Positions 8,173 through 16,173 of a DNA stretch of 64,000 nucleotides are shown piece after piece. The position numbers and the translations under genes are program-made. This DNA comes from Bryobacteraceae bacterium (GTDB lineage Bacteria > Acidobacteriota > Terriglobia > Bryobacterales > Bryobacteraceae). The DNA is taken from positions 4,581 to 68,580 of the forward strand of contig JBEKLB010000018.1 of the NCBI GenBank assembly GCA_050010415.1, given 5' to 3'. How positions within the stretch are numbered: position 1 is the stretch's first letter; each line of letters starts with the position of its first letter. The notes beneath the pieces were generated by a model. It worked only from the letters and a program-made list of their open reading frames with translations. It was not told where the DNA came from and made no database searches.

Positions 8173-10022
8173 TTAGTCGCCGGTGACAGGCTCTTCGGCC
8201 AGACGCCCGCTCGGGATCTCTTGATCCTTATATTGCAGTTGGTACAGCTTCCAGTAAATGCCACGCACGGCGAGCAACTGCTGATGCGTGCCGATTTCGC
8301 GCAGCTTGCCTTTGTGCATGACAATGATGCGGTCGGCGCGCTGGATGGTGGAGAGACGATGGGCGATGACGATAGAGGTGCGGCCCTCCACCAGTTGCTC
8401 GAGCGCCTCACGAATGCGCAGCTCGGTTTCGGTGTCCACGCTCGAAGTGGCTTCGTCCAGGATCAGGAAGCGGGGATTGTGCGCCAGAGCCCGCGCAAAA
8501 TTGATGAGCTGTTTTTGGCCGGTGGAATATCCCGCGCCACGTTCGCGGACGGGCTGCGCAAATCCTTCCGGGAGGGTCTGGACGAAGTCCAATAAGTTGA
8601 CGCGCGCGGCTGCGCCGGAGAGCTGGTCATCGGAAATGCCGGCGGTGCCCAGGCGAATATTTTCGGCAATGGTTCCGGTGAACAAATGCGGGTCCTGTAA
8701 AACCACTCCGAAGTTGCGGCGCAAGTCTTCCAGATCGAAATCGCGAATATCGATTCCAGCGATGCGGATCACACCGCGCTGCACTTCGTAGAATCGCAGG
8801 AGCAGGCTGGCGATGGTGGTCTTCCCCGCGCCGGTGTGGCCCACCACTGCAATCGTCTCGCCGGGCTCGATGCGGAAGCTGACATCGCTCAGCACCCAAT
8901 CTTCGCCGTTGTAGGCAAACCAGACGTGGTCGAACTCCAGAGCGGCGGGTGAGCGCGGGAAGGGCGCCGGTTGAGCGGGCGATTGGATCTGGACCGGCGT
9001 GTCGAGCAGCTTGAACACGCGCTCGGCGGCGGCCATGGCCGATTGCATGAGATTGTATTTTTCGCTCAGATCCTGGATCGGACGGAAGAATCGCATTCCA
9101 TATTGAAAGAAAGCCACCAGCACGCCGATTTGAATAGCGCCCCCGCGCACGCGGAATCCGCCGTAGGCGAGCAGCAACGCCAAAGCCAGCATGCCGAGAA
9201 ATTCGGCGATGGGATAGAACCAGCCGTAGGCGATGATAGCGTCCTTATAAGCGTCCATATGATCCCGATTAATTTGTTCGAATTCGGCGCGGCTGCGAGC
9301 CTCGCGATTGAAGAGCTGGAGAACGGCCATGCCGCTGATGTGTTCCTGCAAATAAGACGCCGGAACTGCATGGTGACCAGGATCACGAACGGCATCACGG
9401 CCAGCAAGAACCCGGTCATGCCGGGGCTCAATTCCAGCATCGCGATGACGACGAAGCTCAACATGAGCAGATCCCCCAGGATCATCAGGAGACCGGAGGA
9501 GAATAGTTCGTTGAGCGCGTCGACGTCGGTAGTAATTCGAGTGACCAGGCGGCCGACCGGGTTGTGGTCGTAGAAGGACAAGTCCAGACGCTGCAGCCGG
9601 GCCATCATTTCGCGCCGCAGGTCGAACATGGCTTTTTGTCCCACCCACTGCATGATGTATTGCTCGCCGAAATCGCAAAACATGCCGCCGATCACCACCA
9701 GCAGGTATAGAAATGAGATCTGGGCCAGACCGGTCCAGGGGCTGGCAGCGAGGTACGGGTCGAGGACGGTATGAGTGACTTTCGCGGAGGGTGCGAGGTA
9801 GCGATCGACGGCCAGCGCGGTGAGCAGAGGGCTGATCACTTGCAGCACGGCATTGAAGAGCAGCAGGATCAGTGCGGCAACGACAGGCAGTTTGTAGGGC
9901 CGGATGTAAGTGAGCAGGCGTCGCATCAAACGCCCGTCGTAGGCTTTTCCTAGAACCTCTTCTTCCACGTAATTCCAGTTTAGCTTGGGGCTCGGCTCCG
10001 CCTTACGGCGCTTAGTCGACAA
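8173..10022 (-). pseudogene. MsbA/MdlB-type ABC exporter (TMD-NBD), frameshifted near 9350-9365
   Basis: The TMD reads in one frame (ORF 9066..10121, sensible up to ...AVMPFVILVTMQFRR). The rest of the TMD and the NBD read in the -1 frame (ORF 8173..9678, sensible from SYLQEHISGMAVLQLFNRE...). Walker A GHTGAGKTT, signature YSTGQKQ and Walker B LILDEATS are present. The likely start is TTG 10022, overlapping the KAS stop. Confidence 0.8.
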
Positions 10023-11244
10023 CGCTGCGAAAGGCGAGTACGGCGTTGAGACCGCCGAAAGCGAAGGAGTTTGAAAGCGCGTACTCGATGTCGGCTGGGC
10101 GGGCGGTATTGGGGATGACATCCAGGTCGCAAGCCGGATCGGGCTCGCTGAAGTTGGCTGTGGGTGGCAGAATGCGATGCTTTAACGCGAGCACTGTGGC
10201 AGCGGCTTCGATAGCGCCGGCTGCGCCCAGTGTATGGCCGTGCATGGATTTGGTGGAGCTTACCGCGAGACGATCGGCGTGCGCGCCGAAGACCTGGCGG
10301 ATGGCGGCGGTCTCGGATGCATCATTCGATAACGTCGCAGTGCCGTGCGCATTGATATAACCGATCTGGTGCGGTTCCAGACCGGCATCGGAGATGGCCG
10401 ATCGCATGGCGCGAGCGGCGCCGTCGGGAGAAGGCTGGGTGATGTGGAAGGCGTCCGACGACATGCCGCAACCGGCGATTTCGCCAAGAATCCGCGCTCC
10501 CCGGGCGCGCGCGGCATTGAGCGGTTCCAGCACCAGCATGGCGGCGCCTTCGCCCAGGATTAAACCCCGGCGATCCTTCGAAAACGGACGGCAGGTATCG
10601 GGAGAAACCACGCGCATAGCCTCCCATGCTTTGAGGAATCCGAGACTGAAAAAGGCTTCGCTCCCGCCGCTGATCGCCATTTCCGCGGCGCCGCTCCGGA
10701 CCATCCAATAGGCTTGTCCGATGGCGTGATTGGAAGAAGAGCAGGCGGTGGAAATGGTATAGGTTGGCCCCACCACGCCGGTCTCGAGCGAGATGCGGCT
10801 GGCGGCCGCGTTTTCCATGGTGCGGGGGATGGTGAACGGATTCACGCGCGGAATGTTGTTGCGATAAAGGTTGACGAAGCCCTCGTCTTCGGTGGTTTGG
10901 CCGCCCACGCAGGAGCCGGTGATGATGGCGGTGGACTCGCGCAGTTGCTGGGTCCATTCGATGCCGGCCCCGGCGATGGCTTGGCGCGCCGCGATTACAC
11001 CGAACTGCGCGAAGCGATCGAGCAGGCTGATTTCTTTTTCGTCGAAGTGCTCCGAAGGCTGGAAATTGCGAACCTCGGCGGCGCTCGAAAAGCGCAGCAG
11101 CGCGGGATCCACTGCCTGGAGGGGCGCAATGCCCGAGCGTCCGTCTTTCAGCGACTGCCAGAATTCGGCGGTATTGTGGCCGATTGCCGAGACGACTCCA
11201 AGGCCCGTGACAACCACCCGGCGGGGCGACACGTTAAGCGCCAA
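10012..11244 (-). CDS. Beta-ketoacyl-ACP synthase, KAS-II (FabF/NodE-like)
   Basis: Active-site Cys context TACSSSNHAIGQA, His motifs in SSDAFHITQP and INAHGTATLSND, and the C-terminal SFAFGGLNAVLAF. Confidence 0.9.
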   Translation of the reverse strand: MALNVSPRRVVVTGLGVVSAIGHNTAEFWQSLKDGRSGIAPLQAVDPALLRFSSAAEVRNFQPSEHFDEKEISLLDRFAQFGVIAARQAIAGAGIEWTQQLRESTAIITGSCVGGQTTEDEGFVNLYRNNIPRVNPFTIPRTMENAAASRISLETGVVGPTYTISTACSSSNHAIGQAYWMVRSGAAEMAISGGSEAFFSLGFLKAWEAMRVVSPDTCRPFSKDRRGLILGEGAAMLVLEPLNAARARGARILGEIAGCGMSSDAFHITQPSPDGAARAMRSAISDAGLEPHQIGYINAHGTATLSNDASETAAIRQVFGAHADRLAVSSTKSMHGHTLGAAGAIEAAATVLALKHRILPPTANFSEPDPACDLDVIPNTARPADIEYALSNSFAFGGLNAVLAFRSVVD

Positions 11245-11506
11245 CGGCCGCCTGGTTTCCTTGTTGACCCTCCAATAGCTTCGCCAGACCGTCGATCACA
11301 TCTCGAACCGAACGAAGATTTTTGGCGGCTTCGTCTGGAATATCTATATTGAATTCGCTTTCCACCGCAAACAGGATGTTGATGCCGTCCAACGAATCGA
11401 AACCGAGTTCCTGGAAGGTGCTATCGGCGGTAATCTTCTCGTGGGGAAGATGCTGGGTCGTGGCAATCACGGTTCTCACTCGCGCCGTTAGTTCTTCGTA
11501 GGACAT
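11234..11506 (-). CDS. Acyl carrier protein
   Basis: 90-aa ORF with the phosphopantetheine site LGFDSLDGINILFAVESEF. It overlaps the KAS start by 11 nt and the deacetylase stop by 19 nt. Confidence 0.9.
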   Translation of the reverse strand: MSYEELTARVRTVIATTQHLPHEKITADSTFQELGFDSLDGINILFAVESEFNIDIPDEAAKNLRSVRDVIDGLAKLLEGQQGNQAAVGA

Positions 11507-12210
11507 AAAATGTCGGTTACCTTCTTGAAATGAAATCCTAGCTCTATTAATTTCGGCAAAATTTCGCGCACGGCTTGGAGCGTGACTCCAATGTCGGGAC
11601 GGTGCTCAAGAACTCGGCCATCGTGCAAGCAGAGAATCGCGCCCGGCGTAGCGCCATGAAGCAGGCGGGAGACCACGGCGGCGCTCTGCATTTTCCAGTC
11701 TAGCGCGATGGTGCTCCACATTACGCCGCGCAGGCCGAGATGGTTCTGGGCGGCCCGAAGACCGAACCAGCGCGCACCATACGGCGCGCGGAAATAGCGG
11801 GGACGAATACCGGTAGCGTGCTCGATAGCTTCTTGAGTCTGGCTTAATTCTTGCTGGATGAAGCCGGCGGATTTGAGCGCGAGGAGCGGATGGGAGTGGG
11901 TGTGGTTGCCGATCTCGTGTCCAGCGCTGGCCACGTCGCGAGCCACGGCGGGCAGGCGGCGGACATTCGCGCCACATTGAAAGAAGGTGGCAGGAACACG
12001 GAAGCCAGCCAGGATTTCAAGCACCTGGGTCGTGGATTCGCTGGGTCCGTCGTCAAATGTAAGCGCAATGGCGGGTCGAGTATCCGTTCCGCAGCCTTTG
12101 TAAACCGAGGGAGCAAGCCAGGAGCAAGACGGGACGCGAACAGCGTAGGCCAGAGCACCAGCGGACACAACGGCAACGCCACTCAGGGCAGTTTCGACGA
12201 TTTCGGTCAT
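11488..12210 (-). CDS. Polysaccharide deacetylase (NodB homology domain)
   Basis: LTFDDGPSESTTQVL (the TFDDG motif), the metal-binding HEIGNHTHSHP and RAPYG are the NodB-domain motifs. Confidence 0.88.
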   Translation of the reverse strand: MTEIVETALSGVAVVSAGALAYAVRVPSCSWLAPSVYKGCGTDTRPAIALTFDDGPSESTTQVLEILAGFRVPATFFQCGANVRRLPAVARDVASAGHEIGNHTHSHPLLALKSAGFIQQELSQTQEAIEHATGIRPRYFRAPYGARWFGLRAAQNHLGLRGVMWSTIALDWKMQSAAVVSRLLHGATPGAILCLHDGRVLEHRPDIGVTLQAVREILPKLIELGFHFKKVTDILCPTKN

Positions 12211-12242
12211 GCCTATGCGCTAGCAGGCCTATGCGCTAGCAG
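12211..12242. repeat. Perfect 16-bp tandem duplication GCCTATGCGCTAGCAG x2
   Basis: Read directly. It begins at the base next to the deacetylase ATG (12210-12208). Each unit ends in (C)TAGCAG(G), which resembles the MITE-like terminal octamer. Confidence 0.95.
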
Positions 12243-12247
12243 TAAGA

Positions 12248-12316
12248 TTAGCAGGGTAAAGAAAAAGCCGGGCGCTCGGGGGGCGTCCGGCTGCGAATGG
12301 GGGGAAACTCGGTTAG
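12248..12316. repeat. Possible degenerate relative of the TTAG-flanked palindromic element
   Basis: TTAGCAGG-5nt-GAAAAAGCC matches the left end of the copies at 30697 and 59257 (TTAGCAGG-5nt-GAAAAAGCC) at identical spacing. It ends in a second TTAG (12313-12316) that supplies the TAA stop of the 12313..13284 gene. The right arm is not conserved. Confidence 0.3.
12258..12291 (-). terminator. Intrinsic terminator after the MoCF-domain gene
   Basis: On the minus strand: GCCGGACGC, a short C-rich loop, GCGCCCGGC, then TTTTTCTTT, beginning 22 nt past the stop. Confidence 0.55.
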
Positions 12317-13284
12317 GCCAGCAAGCCGCCATGCCCCAGGCAGGCGACTTCCCAACCCGAGACACGGTAGCGCGCCAGCATCGGGGGGAGCATCAAATCC
12401 ACAACGTTGGGTTTGGCCGAGCGGAAACAGCCGGGAGCGGAAACAATCGGAACATCGTCTTTATAGCCCAGCAAGAAGAGATTGCCGGGCTCCACGGGGG
12501 CCAGAAAACGCTCAATTTGACATCCGGCGCGAACCATCGCCCGGCCCACCACATCGTCGGGTCCGGCCGGAGCGGTAGTGGAAGCGATCAGCACAGCGGT
12601 TGGTTTCGCGCGGAGCAGATGCTGGAGAGAACGGGCCACCGCGGATTCCTCTTCCACCGACGAGAGAACAAAGCTGGCGCTGGTCCCGATACGGTCCAAA
12701 CGCTGACGCATTATATTTTCAAACAACTGTCTGGCCCGTTCCCCGTTCACCGGGTCCGTGTAGAGAATTGCCACGGCCGGCATGCGGATGGGCCGGGCCT
12801 GCAAAATGGGACCTCTTTCCTTGACGATCGAAATCATCGCGTCCAGTTCCGGTTTAGCGACTGCGAACGGAGTGCTCTTGACAGTAGCCACCCGTTGCCC
12901 GGAGCGCGCGTAAGAAAAATTGAGAGACGTGGCGATGGCCATGCTGGCCGTGCAATTGATTTGCTTTAACAGCTCATCGTCCACCAAGAGGCAACACCCC
13001 TCGGTAGTGAACAAGTTCGCCCTCCCCCCAGCGGCAAGACGGATTTCGAGCGCTCCACAGCCGATTTCGCTCGCGACCTGCATGACAGCGTCATCCTCGC
13101 CAACTTCACCATCTTCCAGCTCAGTCACCCAGACCTCGTTCATTCCTTCGGTCTCTAGCATCCGAGCATCTTCTTCGCTGATCACGTGGCCCTTGGCTAA
13201 CAATTTCTTGCCACCGGCCCGAAATATCGTGCAGCAAAGTATTCTTCCGGTTGACTGCTTGACATCAATGGTCTGCGCCTTCAT
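12313..13284 (-). CDS. Molybdopterin-binding (MoaB/Mog/MoeA-type MoCF) domain protein
   Basis: 323-aa ORF. Its C-terminal half (AVAILYTDPV..., TAVLIASTTAPAGPDDVVGRAM, PVEPGNLFLLGY, VPIVSAPGC) fits the MoCF-biosynthesis domain pattern. This is recognition from memory only. Confidence 0.5.
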   Translation of the reverse strand: MKAQTIDVKQSTGRILCCTIFRAGGKKLLAKGHVISEEDARMLETEGMNEVWVTELEDGEVGEDDAVMQVASEIGCGALEIRLAAGGRANLFTTEGCCLLVDDELLKQINCTASMAIATSLNFSYARSGQRVATVKSTPFAVAKPELDAMISIVKERGPILQARPIRMPAVAILYTDPVNGERARQLFENIMRQRLDRIGTSASFVLSSVEEESAVARSLQHLLRAKPTAVLIASTTAPAGPDDVVGRAMVRAGCQIERFLAPVEPGNLFLLGYKDDVPIVSAPGCFRSAKPNVVDLMLPPMLARYRVSGWEVACLGHGGLLA

Positions 13285-13327
13285 CGACCGATGGCCCTCC
13301 CGGAGTCCTAGCTAAGTATGTTTACAA

Positions 13328-13333
13328 ATTATA
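13328..13333 (-). promoter_or_regulatory. Candidate -10 box TATAAT upstream of the 12313..13284 gene
   Basis: TATAAT on the minus strand, 43 nt upstream of ATG 13284, in an AT-rich intergenic stretch. Confidence 0.3.
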
Positions 13334-13414
13334 CACAGGCGTAGTGAGAAAGCCAGAAAAAAATCTCAACTAGCCATGAATTTTGAAAGGAAAGCCGAAA
13401 ATTGAATGCAGAAG

Positions 13415-14026
13415 TCAAAGGCGCTTGGGGCTGGGCAACTGGACTAGTTCTTTGTTGGAATTGAGGGATAAAGCAGGTACCGGATCTAACCTAAGGGCTT
13501 TCAGCACAGCGATTTCGTCGCAACACTGGAATTTAGGGCAGGACAAACAATCCTTCCAGACCTTAAGGGGAAGCTGGCCGCGATCGGTTTGTTCGAAACC
13601 CATCTTCTGAAAAAACTCGGCGACATAGGTGAACGCGAATATCGTGTACAGGTCGTTGTTAATGGCTTCGTTCTCGAGTGCCTCCATCAGGCAAATGCCG
13701 ATCCCTTGCTTCCTGGCCTCTGGGGCCACCGCCAATGACCTTATTTCACCCGAGGTGGGAGTATAAAAGTGCAAGGCGCCGCACCCGAGAAGCTGCGAAC
13801 CAGAGTATACAACCGTGAAATCGCGAACATTTTCTGACATTTCAAACTCAGTTCGGGGCAGCATAACGCCTTCGGCCGCGTAAGAGTTGATCAGCTGAAG
13901 CAGCGCGGGAATGTCGCGCATTGTCGCCTTCCGAATAGTGAGGGACTCGCGGGCCACGGGGATTTTGGAGGCTGGAGCTAGTACCGGGACCTCCATTACC
14001 GGCAGCTCTGAAGTACTGTTAAACAT
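13415..14026 (-). CDS. GNAT N-acetyltransferase, short N-acetylglutamate synthase-like
   Basis: Acetyl-CoA site RSLAVAPEARKQGIGICLMEAL, and a C-terminal KVWKDCLSCPKFQCCDE tail as in short ArgA-like GNATs. ATG 14026 overlaps the argB stop by 8 nt. Confidence 0.75.
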   Translation of the reverse strand: MFNSTSELPVMEVPVLAPASKIPVARESLTIRKATMRDIPALLQLINSYAAEGVMLPRTEFEMSENVRDFTVVYSGSQLLGCGALHFYTPTSGEIRSLAVAPEARKQGIGICLMEALENEAINNDLYTIFAFTYVAEFFQKMGFEQTDRGQLPLKVWKDCLSCPKFQCCDEIAVLKALRLDPVPALSLNSNKELVQLPSPKRL

Positions 14027-14828
14027 TGGGGTACACCGCCGTAGGCGCAATCAATCGAGTGCCAAGCGGATCTCCCGCCAGCAGTTTCCCAATGACTCCC
14101 GGAAGGGCACCGGGAGCAATAATAACTTCGGCCGCTCCGGATTGAAGCGCCTCCACGGCCGATTCCAGCTTGGCGCGCATCCCACCGGTAGCGACTCCGG
14201 ATTCGATAAGCCGCCGGCATTGATCGGTATTTAATGCGGAATGGACAGCATTATCTTCGCCTCGCACGCCATCGACATCCGTCAAGAACAGGAGCTTGTC
14301 CACCGAGAGCGCTCCCGCCACCGAGACGGCCATTTGGTCGGCATTGACGTTGAAGAACCGACCCTGGGGATCGCCGGCCAGACAGGCAATAACAGGTAAA
14401 TATCTTTCCGCGAGCAATACATTCAAAATGCGGACGTTGGATCGAATCGGCTTGCCAACCCATCCAAGTTCCTCGCTCATTTGTCGCGCTTCCGTCAGCA
14501 ACGCGTCCATGCCCGTGAGTCCGACGGCCTGTACGCCGCTCGCGATGAAGGCCGCTACCAGTTCGCGATTCACCGATCCGGCCAACACTTTGACAACCGC
14601 GTCCAGCACTTCAGGCGTGGTCACTCGCAGGCCGTTCACGAAATGGCTCTCGATGCCGTGGCCGGTCAGATAACGCGTCATCTGTTTACCGCCGCCGTGA
14701 ACGACGACCACCTGGTGGCCTTGTTCGATGGCCCAATGGATTTCCCGAGCCAGGCGCTGGCGCGATTCCGCGGCGTCGAGCAACGTGCCGCCGAGCTTGA
14801 TGAGTATCTTCAAAGCAGGTCTTCTCAC
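14019..14828 (-). CDS. argB: Acetylglutamate kinase
   Basis: ILIKLGGTLL and VVVVHGGGKQMT amino-acid-kinase motifs. It lies downstream of argC. Confidence 0.92.
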   Translation of the reverse strand: MRRPALKILIKLGGTLLDAAESRQRLAREIHWAIEQGHQVVVVHGGGKQMTRYLTGHGIESHFVNGLRVTTPEVLDAVVKVLAGSVNRELVAAFIASGVQAVGLTGMDALLTEARQMSEELGWVGKPIRSNVRILNVLLAERYLPVIACLAGDPQGRFFNVNADQMAVSVAGALSVDKLLFLTDVDGVRGEDNAVHSALNTDQCRRLIESGVATGGMRAKLESAVEALQSGAAEVIIAPGALPGVIGKLLAGDPLGTRLIAPTAVYPNV

Positions 14829-14838
14829 AACAGTGCCA

Positions 14839-15849
14839 TCACAACAGTCCTAGCGTTTCCTCGCAGCCGAGGATCAGATTCATATTCTGGATCGCCTGGC
14901 CTGCTGCGCCCTTCACCAGATTGTCGATGGCGCTGACGACGATGGCTCGGCCAGTGGCGGCATCAAACTGGAATCCGATATCGCAGAAATTGGTGCGATT
15001 GACGGCCGCGAGGTCGGGAAGGCTGCCGGGCCGATAGAGACGGACGAACGTCTCGGTTCGATAGTGACTGAGATAAATATCGAGCAGGTCCCCTGCTGAA
15101 CTGATATTGCACGTGCGCACATAAATGGTTTCGAGAATGCCGCGCTCGATGGGCAGCAAGTGCGCGGTGAAGCTCAATTCCGGTTCGTCGAGACCGGAGA
15201 CCATCAAGACTTCAGCCACATGGCGATGATCGAGCACCGAATAGACGGAGAAATTGTCCGTGACTTCGCAAAAGCTGGTTTTGAGGCTGGGCTTGCGGCC
15301 GGCGCCGCTCACGCCGGACTTGGCGTCGCAAACGATTCCGGCAGATCGATCGGCCACGCCGCTTGCGACCAAAGGCTGGATGGCGAGATTCGCGGCCGTG
15401 GGATAGCATCCGGGATTCGCGATCAGGCGAGCGGTGCGAATTCGCTGGCGACAAAACTCGGGGAGACCATAGACGGCCTCGGCAAGCAAGTGCGGTGCGA
15501 TGTGCTCCTGTTTATACCAGCGGGAATAAGTGGCCGCGTCTGGGAGCCGGAAGGCGCCGCTGAGATCGATGACCTTGGCCCCGGCGTCGAGCATGGCAGG
15601 CGCGAGTTCCATGGAGACTTCAGGCGGCGTGGCGAGAAATACGACCGCCAGACCTTCGGCGGCAACGGCGTCCGGAGTACAAGGGGCGTGGCGGGGCTGC
15701 GGATGATTGATGGGCGCCGGACGTCCGCTCTGATCCTGACGGTGTTCGAGGAGGACCGGCTCAACTTGCGGATGGGAGGCGAGGAGGCGCACGAGTTCCT
15801 GTCCACTGTAGCCACTGAAGCCGACCACGCCTGCCTTATATTTATTCAT
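14839..15849 (-). CDS. argC: N-acetyl-gamma-glutamyl-phosphate reductase
   Basis: VGFSGYSGQELVRLL (NAD-binding) and the catalytic-Cys context IANPGCYPTAANLAIQPL. Confidence 0.93.
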   Translation of the reverse strand: MNKYKAGVVGFSGYSGQELVRLLASHPQVEPVLLEHRQDQSGRPAPINHPQPRHAPCTPDAVAAEGLAVVFLATPPEVSMELAPAMLDAGAKVIDLSGAFRLPDAATYSRWYKQEHIAPHLLAEAVYGLPEFCRQRIRTARLIANPGCYPTAANLAIQPLVASGVADRSAGIVCDAKSGVSGAGRKPSLKTSFCEVTDNFSVYSVLDHRHVAEVLMVSGLDEPELSFTAHLLPIERGILETIYVRTCNISSAGDLLDIYLSHYRTETFVRLYRPGSLPDLAAVNRTNFCDIGFQFDAATGRAIVVSAIDNLVKGAAGQAIQNMNLILGCEETLGLL

Positions 15850-15870
15850 TACTCTGAATAATTATACTAG
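15833..15870. promoter_or_regulatory. ARG-box-like pair overlapping a TATAAT (15866-15861, minus strand) and the argC start
   Basis: TGAATAATTATACT (15855-15868) matches 12 of the 14 core positions of the E. coli ARG box TGAATWWWWATTCA. A weaker half-box WWWWATTCA (15840-15848) sits upstream. On the minus strand, TATAAT ends 11 nt before the argC ATG, which implies a near-leaderless mRNA. Confidence 0.3.
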
Positions 15871-15975
15871 CACGGATCGTGGGTGGTGGATACCGATGCA
15901 ACGCAAGAGTGTCCACTACCGGATTGGCCGGGTGTGTCATCAGGACGCTATCCGGTTCGTGCGCGACCTATCCTT

Positions 15976-16017
15976 CCGGTTAGAGTAACAATCGGGCCGG
16001 TTAGATTAACAACCGGG
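15976..16017. repeat. Two tandem 21-bp repeats CCGGTTAGAGTAACAATCGGG / CCGGTTAGATTAACAACCGGG
   Basis: Read directly, 19/21 identical. The second unit is a CCGGTT...AACCGG hairpin. They lie in the 324-bp non-coding spacer between the methyltransferase gene and argC. Confidence 0.9.
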
Positions 16018-16173
16018 GTGCGCCGCGGATGTGCTTGCAGAATCAGGATGATACGCACAGCATCCGGATGGAAAGACAACTGCTCTTTGTCATCTGCTGG
16101 GAGGCGACTCGGATCCAACCCCGGGGCCCCGTGCCATCGAGCGCCCCACCCCGACCGCGCTCCCAGCGCTAGT

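Noticed and set aside
11851-12969. 372-aa plus-strand ORF spanning the deacetylase gene, a terminator and the MoCF-domain gene
   Set aside because: It crosses an intergenic terminator and two well-supported minus-strand genes, and its composition is that of a shadow frame.
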